Assembly: GCA_049975265.1 (NCBI GenBank)
Contig: JBNGDF010000001.1
Span: forward strand, 96,001 to 160,000
DNA from: Fidelibacterota bacterium
Lineage (GTDB): Bacteria > Fidelibacterota > UBA2242
DNA length: 64,000 nucleotides
Reading direction: 5' to 3'
Positions 23,836 to 34,216 of the stretch are shown piece after piece. How positions within the stretch are numbered: the stretch's first letter is position 1; each line of letters starts with the position of its first letter. A program made the translations under genes and the position numbers. The notes beneath the pieces are model-generated. The model saw only the letters and a program-made list of their open reading frames with translations. It made no database searches and was not told where the DNA came from.

Positions 23836-26165
23836 TCAGGAGAGTAGATTCAGAAGCCGGCGGGCTTCCCGGCAGGGCGGGTACTCGGGGTCGGCGTTTT
23901 CCCAGACCTGGAATACAATGGTCATATGTTCCCGGACTTTGTCGGGATTTTCTTCCAGTTGGTAAATTTTAGCCATTTCCAGATGGGTTTCGGCGTGCAT
24001 CGGTAAAACGCTCAGGACCTTTTCCAGCAATATTTGAGCCTTGGGGTAATTGCCGGTTTGTCGGTAGCAGCGGGCGATTTTTGTCAGAATCGTGACGTCC
24101 AGTGGTGAATACTGGTATGCCTGCTGATATTCAAGAATGGCATTCAAATAATCACCACCGATTTCGAACAGCCTGCCCCGGGCGCTGTGAGTTATATCGG
24201 ATCGGGCAAGCTCACCGAATATTTTCAGCGTTTCCGCCACCCGATCGATGTTTTCCCGGATGGCGGCTGTGTCTTCCTTTTCACAGGCGATTTGGAGTTC
24301 ACCCAGCGATATCCAGCGGGACCAGGGCTTTGGGATGGTCTTGCGATAGTGATTCAGCTGCTCGAGAGCCTGATCTTCCCGGTTCAGCATCACGTAAAGT
24401 TCGAAGCGGGCGTTGCTCATCCGGTTCATCATTGCATCCAGTGGTTTCAGGAATTTTGCCGATTCCCGATATTGCCGGATGGAATATTCCAAAGCCTGGC
24501 GAATCTCTCCCCGCTGATAAAGATACTCGCCGTAAGCATTGAAGAGAGCAGCTCGGTCTGCCGGAGTTTTTGCCAGCGCGGCGGCGCTTTGCAATTGATT
24601 ATATGCAGCCGAAAAATTGCCCTGCCGCCGCTCTACGTTTGCCAGGTTGATTAAAATGGAAACTTCATTGGGTTCCAGCAGCTGGGCGTCTATATAAAAA
24701 TCGCGGGCTTTGGCATATTTGCCCATAGCCAGAAACAGGTCGCCCAGGGATAGGAAGGAGCGGTAATCTTTAGGAAAAGCCTGTTGGTACTGGTTGAAGT
24801 ATTTCAGGGCATTCTCAAAATCGCCCTTGGACAGGTAGGCGTTACCGATATAGCGGTAGTAGTACCGGCGGGCAGGGTCCAGCGCAAGGATTTGATTGAA
24901 TTCCGCAATGGCGGCGTCAATTTTGAACTGTTTAAAATATTCCTGAGCCCGGCGGAAGTGTCCCCGAATGTCATCAGGATAGAGCTGAACCCACATATCC
25001 AGCACCGCTATTCGTTTTTCGGGGTCTTCGGAGACCAGATAAAATTCCTCCTTAATGGCGAACTGGATCGCTTCCGGGAATTTATAAATATAGCGCATGG
25101 TCGTATTGAGCGCTTCGATCGCCTGGTCATAGGAATTCAGATTGATGTACAACTGGTACAGCGCCCAATAAGCCAGGGCGAAAGTCGGGTCGGCGTGGAC
25201 CGCTTTCTCAGAATGCCGCCGGGCGGTCCGGACATCGTTTTCCAGGTTAAGCTGGTTGGAACCGAGAATATACTGGCGATAAGCCTCCGTTGACGCGGTC
25301 ATGATTTCAGAAACGGGCAGATCGGGTACAGTCTCCAGATGCCAGGTGGGAATATTCAGGTCCTGCTTCAGCCGGTCATTGATCTGATCAATGATTGTGA
25401 AAATATCGGTATTCTGAAAGGAATTTTCGGCGATCATTTTACCCCGGGCGGTTTCATAGAGAAAGGTTTTGACGAACAGGGTGTCATTCCGCCGGCAGTA
25501 GCTGCCGCCCAGAAAGTATTCGCGTTCCACTTCGCGGGCAATTTTCTGCTCCAGCGCCATGGGTACACCGATGACGTTACCAAAGCCGGCGCCGGAGATT
25601 TTTTGATAAATAATGTCGTCGTAACCGGAATAGACGGAGAAAACCGGATCCTGATTCAGGTCGTAGTGACAACCGGTCATAAAGGCGAACTGGAGCCAAT
25701 CCAGGTCGGGATTGCGTTCTTCGTTTTCAAAAAAGAAAATCGCCAAGCGCTTGGTCAGATTTTGCTTCGGGATCTCCCGCCGCACGGTCTGTCCGGTTTC
25801 ATCTACGACATCAACCGCTGTGTGGTTGCCGAGCCCAACTCTTTGCCGCTCAGCAGGAAAAAGAGCAGGCATCCGGTCAGCAGCAGATTGATGGGGATGC
25901 CTATCTTTTCGGTTCTGGTCCAATGGTCGCGCCCCGGGCGTCCGTGAAAATAGGCGAGCATACCCACTGTCGGCAACAGTGAAATCAGTGTGATAAAGCT
26001 CAGATCGGTCAGATGAGGCGAGATTTTGTAATGCTCTACAATCCAGCTGACGAATTCCAGAATTGTCCAGCAGATCCCCAGATAGATGAACAGTATCTGG
26101 GGAAAGCGCCGGTTCAGCAGATCCCGGAAAAACGAAGGTTTTTTATGATTGTCGGTAGCGGTCAT
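23836..26165 (-). pseudogene. Membrane-anchored TPR protein split by a frameshift near 25820 (ORF-track ORFs 25803..26165 and 23836..25923)
   Basis: Upstream ORF encodes three TM helices ending GKELGSATT; the other frame continues AVDVVDETGQTVRREIPK..AIFFFENE and then many TPRs; junction GCAACCACACAGCGG. May instead be an assembly error. Confidence 0.7.
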
Positions 26166-26211
26166 ATGGTTGTGTTCTTTGGATAAGATATTCAGCCGAC
26201 TGTTTTTGTTG

Positions 26212-26682
26212 TCAGCGGCTCTTATCTTCCCGAACCATCAGATAATGGTCAATATCCGCCTCTTTAAACAGCTCTCCCTGAACCTGAAAACCGTGCCGGG
26301 TGTAGAAATCGCACAGATACGCCTGGGCGTGCATTTTGAATTTGTGGTACCCTTTTGTACGGGCGACGTCCAGCATGTAATCCACGATGGCGTGACCGTA
26401 GCCCTGATTACGGTGCTCATTACGAACGGCGATCCGTTCTAGTTTTGCCCACTCTCCCAGGAACCGCAGGCGTCCGGCGGCGATCGGTTCACCGTCCAAT
26501 TCACCCAGAATATGCAGGGCACTGAGTTCGTGTTCATCCATTTCGATCCGATAAGGCACTTTTTGCTCGTCGATGAACACGATACCGCGGACAATAAATA
26601 CCTTAATCAAGTCGTCGAGACTATCCACAATTTTAAACATGGTGGCTGACTTAGCCGGGTCTTTTTCCTGGTGATTATTCAT
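26212..26682 (-). CDS. GNAT family N-acetyltransferase (YjcF/ElaA-like)
   Basis: VRGIVFIDEQKVP..EMDEHE, KLERIAV..HRNQGYG, MHAQ..FY..GF..F.EADIDH. Confidence 0.92.
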   Translation of the reverse strand: MNNHQEKDPAKSATMFKIVDSLDDLIKVFIVRGIVFIDEQKVPYRIEMDEHELSALHILGELDGEPIAAGRLRFLGEWAKLERIAVRNEHRNQGYGHAIVDYMLDVARTKGYHKFKMHAQAYLCDFYTRHGFQVQGELFKEADIDHYLMVREDKSR

Positions 26683-26818
26683 TTGGTTGAGAGTTGTTGG
26701 GTAATTTGGATTTCATCGCTTCAATCAGTGTTTCCGCTTCCTGTATCTGGCGACGGATTCTGCCCAGGATTTCATCGTCCCGGTTGACAGTTGATTCAAT
26801 ATTTGGTTTTTCGTCCAT
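26675..26818 (-). CDS. Small 47-aa protein (not in the ORF track)
   Basis: MDEKPNIESTVNRDDEILGRIRRQIQEAETLIEAMKSKLPNNSQPNE*; GGGAG upstream; stop overlaps the GNAT start (ATGAATAA). Confidence 0.5.
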   Translation of the reverse strand: MDEKPNIESTVNRDDEILGRIRRQIQEAETLIEAMKSKLPNNSQPNE

Positions 26819-27008
26819 AAATCAGCGGGCTCCCGAGTCTGGTTGGTCAGTACTCTTGTTGATTGGTTGTGTCAGTTTCTATTCATGGCAATTAATGTAA
26901 GTAATTTAACCATTTGAAAACAGATTGAAAATAGAGGAAAGCTTTTCATTTTTTATGGGCTTTTGTATATTTATTTTCAAGCCGCTTTGCTATGTTTGGA
27001 GGACATTT

Positions 27009-27761
27009 ATGCATTGTGCTGAATTGGTAACATATCTGGATGAATTGCTGGAAACTGCCCGTTTCTCTGACTACGGGCCCAATGGTCTGCAGGTCGAAGG
27101 GCAGCCCGCTGTCAAAAAGGTGGTTACCGCCGTGAGTGCCTCGGTTGCACTGTTCGAAAAGGCGATCGAATTGCGTGCCGATACCCTTCTGGTTCATCAT
27201 GGAATTATCTGGAATCATGAACGCCCGCTGTACCGGGGCGGGTACAGACAGCGGGTTAAATTGTTACTGGAGCATGACCTGAATCTGATTGCCTATCACC
27301 TGCCGCTGGACGCTCATTTGAAGTTCGGCAATGCTGCTCAGATTGCCGGGCGGCTGGGGTTGAGAAACCGGGAACCGTTTGGGGAACACAAGGGTAATTT
27401 CCTGGGTGTTCAGGCGGATGCCGGGGGGATTACCCGTGCGGAAGTGGAGCAGAGGATCCGACGTGAGATCAACCGGGACGCACTGATTTTTCCCTACGGA
27501 CCGGAGCGGATAGAGCGGATCGGGATTATTTCCGGCGGTGGTCAGAAGGAGACGAACCAGGCGGTTCTGGCGGGTCTGGATATGTACATTACCGGTGAAG
27601 CCTCGGAGTTTGTCATGCATCTTGCCCGGGAGGAGCGGATTCATTTTGTAGCTGCCGGGCATTATGCCACCGAACGATTCGGTATTCAGGCGCTGGGGGA
27701 TCATCTGGCGGAAACATTTCAACTTCAGGTAGAATTTGTTGATATCCCCAATCCGGTGTGA
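27009..27761 (+). CDS. Nif3-like dinuclear metal centre protein (YbgI/DUF34)
   Basis: SD GGAGG; DYGPNGLQVEG, LVHHG, AYHLPLDAH..GN, YITGE, AGHYATE, DIPNPV. Confidence 0.93.
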   Translation: MHCAELVTYLDELLETARFSDYGPNGLQVEGQPAVKKVVTAVSASVALFEKAIELRADTLLVHHGIIWNHERPLYRGGYRQRVKLLLEHDLNLIAYHLPLDAHLKFGNAAQIAGRLGLRNREPFGEHKGNFLGVQADAGGITRAEVEQRIRREINRDALIFPYGPERIERIGIISGGGQKETNQAVLAGLDMYITGEASEFVMHLAREERIHFVAAGHYATERFGIQALGDHLAETFQLQVEFVDIPNPV

Positions 27762-27816
27762 TGAATTGTAAAGCCTGAATGTTGCAAGCGACTTTTGGGG
27801 CGGTGGGTAAAATCGA

Positions 27817-28623
27817 ATGAATGATGAACGCGTATCAATTGATTCCGGAAAAGTAATTACGACCCTTTTCTGGGTCGGAGTTTTCAGCATTGCCATGGGT
27901 TTTCTGGAGGCGATTGTGGTGGTGTATCTGCGGAAAATCTACTATCCCGGCGGCTTTGTGTTTCCCATGAGTCCCGTCTCTCCGCAAATGTATCTTGTGG
28001 AACTGGTCCGGGAGATAGCGACGCTGATTATGCTGGTTTCGATCGGGTTTTTAGCAGGCAAGAAGGGGATTCAACGCCTGGCTTATTTTCTGATCAGTTT
28101 CGGCGTCTGGGATATTTTTTATTATGTGGCGCTGAAACTTTTTCTGGACTGGCCTGATTCGCTGCTGACCTGGGACGTGCTGTTTCTAATTCCACTCCCC
28201 TGGCTCGGTCCGGTGATTGCGCCGGTTCTGGTTTCGCTATCCATGATCTGGATCGGGATTAATCTGATTCTGCTGGATGAATTGGATGGTCCGCTGGTGT
28301 TGAAAGCCGACGAGTGGTTACTGCTGATGGCAGGCTGTGGCTTGATATTTATCAGTTTTATCTGGAATTATGCGGCGCTGATTATCCGGAACGGATTTTT
28401 ACCGCAATTTTTCCTTCTGGCGGAAAACCGGGATTTTTTACAAATCGTCTATGATTATGTACCGGAGGATTTTAACTGGTTTCTCTTTTTTGCCGGTGAG
28501 CTGTTGGCTGTTTTAGGTATGCTCAAAATCCTGTTTCAATACCGGCGGCTGATTCAGGAGACTGCCCGGGAGCTGTATGCGCAGCTCCGGATGGCTCAGC
28601 GCCGGGTCTTTCATAGTAATTAA
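27817..28623 (+). CDS. Hypothetical integral membrane protein
   Basis: Multiple TM segments; FSIAMGFLEAIVVVYLR, ELVREIATLIML, FGVWDIFYY..WP..WDVLFLIP..W.GPV.AP. Confidence 0.7.
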   Translation: MNDERVSIDSGKVITTLFWVGVFSIAMGFLEAIVVVYLRKIYYPGGFVFPMSPVSPQMYLVELVREIATLIMLVSIGFLAGKKGIQRLAYFLISFGVWDIFYYVALKLFLDWPDSLLTWDVLFLIPLPWLGPVIAPVLVSLSMIWIGINLILLDELDGPLVLKADEWLLLMAGCGLIFISFIWNYAALIIRNGFLPQFFLLAENRDFLQIVYDYVPEDFNWFLFFAGELLAVLGMLKILFQYRRLIQETARELYAQLRMAQRRVFHSN

Positions 28624-28642
28624 CTTAAATTTGGGAGTAGCG

Positions 28643-29278
28643 ATGGGAAAAACAGGAGTGTCATTTATGATTTTTTCTTTGATGGTTGGGCTGACGGCGC
28701 CAATTGGTGCGCAGGACATTGGGCTGCCGCCGCCGAAATTTCAGAAGGACGTTACGCTCTATCAGACTCTGCAAAATCGTAAATCGGAACGCTCTTTTTC
28801 AGAGAAGGAACTTTCAAAGCAACATCTGTCTAATCTGCTCTGGGCGGCATCTGGTATCAATCGCCCCGAGAGCGGTAAACGGACCGCCCCGACTGCCCGC
28901 AATGCTCAGGAAATTGATATCTATGTCGCTCTGAAAGCGGGTCTGTACCTGTACGATGTCAAAGAACACCGCCTGGTTTTGCTGGATAAAACGGACCTGC
29001 GCGGAATGACCGGGACACAGGATTTCGTCGGAACGGCGCCGGTTAACCTCATCTTTGTAGCGGACTACGACCGCCTGAGAGGCAGCGAAGAATCACGAAA
29101 GTTTTATTCTGCCACGGATACCGGTTTTATCAGCCAGAATGTTTATCTCTACTGTGCAGCAGAAGGGCTGGCGACCGTGGTACGCGGCAGCGTCGACCGG
29201 GAAGCGCTGGCGGCTGCGATGAAACTGCGTCCCTCGCAGCATATCATCCTCGCCCAGACAATTGGATATGGAAAGTAA
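28643..29278 (+). CDS. SagB/ThcOx-like nitroreductase-fold flavoprotein with signal peptide
   Basis: Signal peptide; IGLPPP..LQNRKSERSFS..LSNLLWAASG..RTAPTA; DTGFISQNVYLYCAAEGL. Confidence 0.85.
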   Translation: MGKTGVSFMIFSLMVGLTAPIGAQDIGLPPPKFQKDVTLYQTLQNRKSERSFSEKELSKQHLSNLLWAASGINRPESGKRTAPTARNAQEIDIYVALKAGLYLYDVKEHRLVLLDKTDLRGMTGTQDFVGTAPVNLIFVADYDRLRGSEESRKFYSATDTGFISQNVYLYCAAEGLATVVRGSVDREALAAAMKLRPSQHIILAQTIGYGK

Positions 29279-29933
29279 AACCAGCAGAGGCATACGGAAA
29301 AGAATCATCGATCTGAGCCAGCTGCTGGCAACCGGAATGCCGACCTATCCGGGGGATTTGCCGGAACCGTTAATCCGCTCCGCTGTGAAAAACAATATCC
29401 GTACCTCTACCATCCGGATTGGATCACATTACGGGACTCATATCGACGCTCCGGCGCATTTTTTCCGGGAGGGCTTGACGCTGCTGGATTATCCCCTCAG
29501 CCGTTTTTTTGGGCAGGCGGTCTGTCTCGATAAAACAGAGTCGGCGTCGGGTAAAATCGAGCTGACGAAGAACGAATCAGCCTTGATTGAGCAGCTTGAG
29601 CCGGATTGGATTCTGATCCGGAGCGGTTTTGACCGCTATTGGGCTCAGCCTTGCTATTTTTCAAAGCACCCATTTCTCTCAGAAGAGTTGATTATGAGGC
29701 TTCTTGAGACCAGCGTGATTGGTATTGGGGTAGATTTTCCCAGCATTGATGCGGCGGATGCGGAAGTGACCGATTATCCGGTTCACCGGCGGTGGCTTGG
29801 TGCCGGGCGGCTGGCGGTTGAAAATTTATGCAATCTGCAAAGTCTGCCGCAACATGAGATGTTTGAGTTTTGCGCTCTGCCATTAAAAACAGATACCGAG
29901 GGAGCACCGGTCAGAGCGCTGGCGTTTTTATGA
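29268..29933 (+). CDS. Cyclase family metal-dependent hydrolase (kynurenine formamidase-like)
   Basis: IIDLS..MPTYPGD; HYGTHIDAPAH; GVDFPSID; VENL; GAPVRA. Confidence 0.88.
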   Translation: MESKTSRGIRKRIIDLSQLLATGMPTYPGDLPEPLIRSAVKNNIRTSTIRIGSHYGTHIDAPAHFFREGLTLLDYPLSRFFGQAVCLDKTESASGKIELTKNESALIEQLEPDWILIRSGFDRYWAQPCYFSKHPFLSEELIMRLLETSVIGIGVDFPSIDAADAEVTDYPVHRRWLGAGRLAVENLCNLQSLPQHEMFEFCALPLKTDTEGAPVRALAFL

Positions 29934-30467
29934 TTTCCCTTTACGAATCAGTCTGACCATAGCCGCCCGGACAGCCGCTAAAAACCGGCGGTTTTTTACC
30001 CAGTAATAATCGTCATAGGTCCAGGGCAGGCAGATAAAATCGCCGTGTGCAAACGGCATGGTAACCTCGGCGTAAATCCCGGCGCCGCAGTAGATCCGGT
30101 GGGAAAAGTTTTTTGTGGAAAAGAGCACCAGCTTTGAAGGCTCCAGATAGCCGGGATCGATATTTACAATTCGACTGGGTTGTGGTGATGTCCTATCAGA
30201 TTCCAGATCATTGGTCCAGACCTTGATCTCGTGAAATCCTTCAAGGCTAACGGGATTTTGAAAAACAAAAAACTGCTTTTGCAGGTGATTACCAAAGTCT
30301 TTGACGTAGTAATCGGTGAAATCGGTAACACGATAAACAGGACCAGACGACATGACGCCGCCCAGCCGACCGGAAAGGATTTTTAGAAGACGATCCAGAT
30401 CCGTTTTTCGGTTGAACATTATCGCCACGAAAGGCAGTGCCTGTGGTGCCGCTTTCAGCATTCCCAT
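29928..30467 (-). CDS. DUF4416 family protein
   Basis: FTDYY..K.WTN.LE..RIVNIDPGYL..KLVLFSTKNFSHRIY..GIYAEVT..PWTYDDY. Confidence 0.8.
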   Translation of the reverse strand: MGMLKAAPQALPFVAIMFNRKTDLDRLLKILSGRLGGVMSSGPVYRVTDFTDYYVKDFGNHLQKQFFVFQNPVSLEGFHEIKVWTNDLESDRTSPQPSRIVNIDPGYLEPSKLVLFSTKNFSHRIYCGAGIYAEVTMPFAHGDFICLPWTYDDYYWVKNRRFLAAVRAAMVRLIRKGKS

Positions 30468-30470
30468 TTG

Positions 30471-31817
30471 TCAATCCACTATATTGGTTCTGGTTTTCGC
30501 ATTCAAATCATTGGAAAGTTGACGTAATTCAAGGAATTTTTCCACAGGAAAATCGCGGGAGGCACAGGGGTAGATAGTATTATTTGTAAGTAGCGGGTCC
30601 ATATCATCGGAAACACAGCCGCTCTCCCTGGCGACCCGCCAGAAAGGGGTGTGTGGGATCGGACTAAAGGCAGCCAGCCGGGAGATTGTTCCCTGTTCGA
30701 AAACATAGCGGAGTGTGGTTTCAACGTCGGAATATCTCTGACCTGGCAGCCCCATAATAATATAGACCTCGATGTCCTTCCGCTGGAAACCGGCTTTTTC
30801 GAGGAAGATCAGGGCGTTTTCGAAGTCCCGGGTGGACACTTTATGGCTCGAAGTTTTTTGCCATTTAGGGATGACGGACTCCAAACTCAGGCGAATGGTT
30901 TCAAAGCCGGCTGCCTTCATCAGCTCCGCCAGTTCGGCATCAATTTCCCGGGCAAAGAGTCCGTTGGGTGTGTGAAATTTTACGCTGAGATCCCGGCTGA
31001 TCAGCTCCCTTAATATAGGCTTGATGTGCCGCTCTTTGTGGGTAAAAAGGGCATCGTCGTAGAATGCAAATTCCCGGATGTTGCGTTCCCGGCTCAGGTA
31101 TTGGATCTCCGCCACGACATCTGCCGGTGATCGTTGAGAAAACCGGGGATTCAGGAAAGGGGTGGCGCAGTAATTGCAGTGCATGGGACAGCCCCGGGAG
31201 GTCAGAATTGGGGCGACATTGAGATTGGGATACAGATCCCATGGGGGAATGCCGGCATCGTTGCGTTCCGGAACTTGATGATAGTCACGGGAGATGCCGC
31301 AGAGATGGTCGCTCAGCTCCAGCACCGGCTTCTCACCGTAGCCGGTAATCAGATAGTCGGGGCGGATGGTTTGGCGGGCGTGATCGGAGAAAAGGCTGGC
31401 GTAGATGCCACCCAAGACGATTGTCGTCTCCGGAAAGGTATCGCGTAAAATGGTTACTGTTTTCCGGACTCCGGGATACCAGTAGGTCATGTGTGAGGTC
31501 ACCAAAATGAGTTTTGGCGGTGTAACGTTTTTTAATGCCATGGCGAACTGCTCCCGGCTGGCGCCGTAGAGCCCGAAGCGGCGGGGCACATGGGCAACAG
31601 CAGACGGTTTGGGAATCGGGATTTTCGGGTATTTCCCGCGACTTTCTGAAGGTTTGTCACCGCTCCAGCGCAGCCGGTCGGTTAGATCGATTAGTTCAAG
31701 ATCGTAGCCATACTGGCGCAGGAACTTCCCGATATACAGCAAGCCCAGCGGTTTTGCCCACAAGTCATAGGCGGCGAAGTCGGCGATCCAGGGGTTGATT
31801 AGGAGAACTGGTTTCAT
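30471..31817 (-). CDS. B12-binding-domain radical SAM protein
   Basis: LLINPWIADFAAYDLWAKPLGLL; VLGGIYASL; TSRGCPMHCNYCA; FYDD; HTPNG. Confidence 0.9.
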   Translation of the reverse strand: MKPVLLINPWIADFAAYDLWAKPLGLLYIGKFLRQYGYDLELIDLTDRLRWSGDKPSESRGKYPKIPIPKPSAVAHVPRRFGLYGASREQFAMALKNVTPPKLILVTSHMTYWYPGVRKTVTILRDTFPETTIVLGGIYASLFSDHARQTIRPDYLITGYGEKPVLELSDHLCGISRDYHQVPERNDAGIPPWDLYPNLNVAPILTSRGCPMHCNYCATPFLNPRFSQRSPADVVAEIQYLSRERNIREFAFYDDALFTHKERHIKPILRELISRDLSVKFHTPNGLFAREIDAELAELMKAAGFETIRLSLESVIPKWQKTSSHKVSTRDFENALIFLEKAGFQRKDIEVYIIMGLPGQRYSDVETTLRYVFEQGTISRLAAFSPIPHTPFWRVARESGCVSDDMDPLLTNNTIYPCASRDFPVEKFLELRQLSNDLNAKTRTNIVD

Positions 31818-31829
31818 AATTGCTGGTTA

Positions 31830-31858
31830 AAAGTACAAATGGATACATGGATAAACAA
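31830..31858 (-). promoter_or_regulatory. Putative promoter of the radical SAM-DUF4416 pair
   Basis: Minus strand TTGTTT-N17-TACTTT; spacer contains an ATCCAT direct repeat. Confidence 0.4.
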
Positions 31859-31952
31859 TAGTTTGGAGAGGCGGAGAACTGTTTTTGAAGTTTTTTGATT
31901 TAATCGTAACTTCACATGCAGGTTCAATCTGATTAATTCAGGATTATTTCTA

Positions 31953-33053
31953 TTGACGGACAAAAGCGCAGAAAAAAAGAGACGGATTCTATTTGCCGTA
32001 TTGAACTGGGGGTTGGGTCATGCAACACGCTCTATTCCGCTTATCAGAGCGTTGAAAAACAATAATGAGGTCATACTGGCAGCCACCGGGCGGTCTTTGC
32101 AGCTGTTACGGCGGGAATTTCCGGATTGTACGGCAATTAACTTCCCCGATTACGGAGTCTGCTATTGCCGGAATCCTGTTTTTTTATTTCTCTACCTGTT
32201 GTTACAGCTACCGCGGGTTCTGGTGCGCCTGATCCTGGAAAATCGGCAGACGCAGCGAATAGTTGAATTGTATAAAATTGATCTGATTTTCTCCGACAAC
32301 CGCTATGGTGTCTTTGCCAGAGATATTCCGAGCTTCCTGATGACCCACCAGCTGCGTTTTCGCCTTCCGCAAATACTCCACTGCTTTGAGTTTATCAGCG
32401 TTTTATTCAACCAGCTGATGTTCCGACGCTTTCGGCATGTTTTTATTCCTGATTTTGAAGGGGCTGAAAATCTGACTGGTCAATTGGGACACCCCTGGGC
32501 TTTTCGAGGTACTAGGAGGCTGAGCTATATTGGGATTTTGTCGAGTATCGCGAAACAGACTGTTAGCGATCCGATTGATGGTCTGGTGATGATCTCGGGA
32601 CCGGAACCGCAGCGGACGGTTTTGGAAAGGCTGGTTTTAGATCAAGCAAAGGCGCTGACGGGACACTGGGTCATTGTACTAGGTAAGCCGGATTCGACGA
32701 TGCAGCAGAGTACCCGGGTTGGTCAACTGGACATCTACCCGCATCTGAACCGTTCGGCAATGGCGGATGTTATGAACAATGCTGAACTGATTGTAGCCCG
32801 GGCGGGCTATTCGACGATTATGGAGTTGATTGCCTTGGGAAAACCGGCGCTACTGATACCGACACCCGGTCAAACGGAGCAGGAATATCTGGGACACCGG
32901 CTTATGGCGGCGGGCTGGGTTCATTGTGTGCATCAGGCAGATTTGAATCTCCCGGAGGATATAAAAAGTGTGCCTCGCTCACTGCCAACGATGCTACTGA
33001 ACAAACCTGTTAATGACGTGACGGCGGTGCTCTCGGTTATAGGAGTGGATTGA
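31953..33053 (+). CDS. GT-B glycosyltransferase (GT28 C-terminal-like)
   Basis: LNWGLGHATRSIP; SDNRYG; SGPEPQR; RAGYSTIMEL; LIPTPGQTEQEYL. Confidence 0.88.
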   Translation: MTDKSAEKKRRILFAVLNWGLGHATRSIPLIRALKNNNEVILAATGRSLQLLRREFPDCTAINFPDYGVCYCRNPVFLFLYLLLQLPRVLVRLILENRQTQRIVELYKIDLIFSDNRYGVFARDIPSFLMTHQLRFRLPQILHCFEFISVLFNQLMFRRFRHVFIPDFEGAENLTGQLGHPWAFRGTRRLSYIGILSSIAKQTVSDPIDGLVMISGPEPQRTVLERLVLDQAKALTGHWVIVLGKPDSTMQQSTRVGQLDIYPHLNRSAMADVMNNAELIVARAGYSTIMELIALGKPALLIPTPGQTEQEYLGHRLMAAGWVHCVHQADLNLPEDIKSVPRSLPTMLLNKPVNDVTAVLSVIGVD

Positions 33054-34216
33054 AGTTGATGTTAATTGTAAATATTATTCTTGGAATTTCAGCCGTTATC
33101 TATCTGTTATTTATCCTCTATTTTCTGACGGGTTTGCGGAAAGTTAAACCGAATAACAGGCTGTCTGATGAATATCCGCCTCTGGCGGTGATCGTCGCCG
33201 CCCGGAATGAAGAGAGGCATATCGGCAACACGGTTCATTCTCTGTCTAATCAGAATTATCCCGATGATCGCTATGAGATAGTTGTTGTCAACGATCGCTC
33301 GGAGGATAAAACCGGCGAGATTTTGGAGGAATTGAAAAAGACAGTTCCCAATCTGCGAGTCATTTCCATCGTCCAGTGTCCGACGGGGATTTCACCGAAG
33401 AAAAATGCCCTGATTGAGGCGGTCAAAACGCTGACTTGTCCCTTTATCCTGACCACCGATGCTGATTGCGTTCACCATCCCGACTGGTTGCGCAGTTATG
33501 CGGCTCTAATCGAGGAAAATTTGGGGGTTGCGACGGGGATTACCCGTTTTCAACAGAGAACCTATCGCAATGGCTTTGAGTGTCTTTGGCAGAACATGCA
33601 AGCCATCGAATATATGTCACACCAGATCGTCATGGCTGGTGCCATCGGGCACAATCGGGGTTTTACAGCCAATGGCAACAATATGATATTCAACCGGCAG
33701 CTGTATGTTGACTATGAGAACGACGCACTGCGCAGAGGGATTGTATCCGGTGACGATTTCTTTATTATTCAGACGGCGGAAAAAAGGAACTATCTGCTGA
33801 AATTCAATCTGAGTACCGCTGGAATCGTTCAGACTCCGCCTCAGCGGACACTGCGGGCTGTAATCAACCAGCGCGCCCGCTGGAGCTCGAAGATCGGCAG
33901 GGCAAAAGCGGAAGTGCTCTTCTTTTCTTTGAACACCTTTTTGTACTATCTGGGATTGACAATCTATCCCGGACTGCTGCTTTTTTTCCCGTCCTACGGA
34001 CCACTGTTATTGGGCCTGTTCGGAGTGAAAGTGTTCAGCGATACGCTTTATATGGTTTACGGATATCAGAAATTTGGTCAAAAATTGAATTCGTTGTATT
34101 ATATTCTCATGGAAATAGTGCATGCTCCGTTCATTGTAATTGTTGCCGTAATTGGATCTCTGTTTGGATTTACCTGGAAAGGAACACGCTATAAGGTAGA
34201 TGCGGGAAGTGGGTAG
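33050..34216 (+). CDS. GT2 family glycosyltransferase, membrane-bound
   Basis: VAARNEE, VNDRSED, KKNAL, TDAD, SGDD and QRARW (QxxRW) motifs; TM segments at both ends. Confidence 0.9.
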   Translation: MKLMLIVNIILGISAVIYLLFILYFLTGLRKVKPNNRLSDEYPPLAVIVAARNEERHIGNTVHSLSNQNYPDDRYEIVVVNDRSEDKTGEILEELKKTVPNLRVISIVQCPTGISPKKNALIEAVKTLTCPFILTTDADCVHHPDWLRSYAALIEENLGVATGITRFQQRTYRNGFECLWQNMQAIEYMSHQIVMAGAIGHNRGFTANGNNMIFNRQLYVDYENDALRRGIVSGDDFFIIQTAEKRNYLLKFNLSTAGIVQTPPQRTLRAVINQRARWSSKIGRAKAEVLFFSLNTFLYYLGLTIYPGLLLFFPSYGPLLLGLFGVKVFSDTLYMVYGYQKFGQKLNSLYYILMEIVHAPFIVIVAVIGSLFGFTWKGTRYKVDAGSG

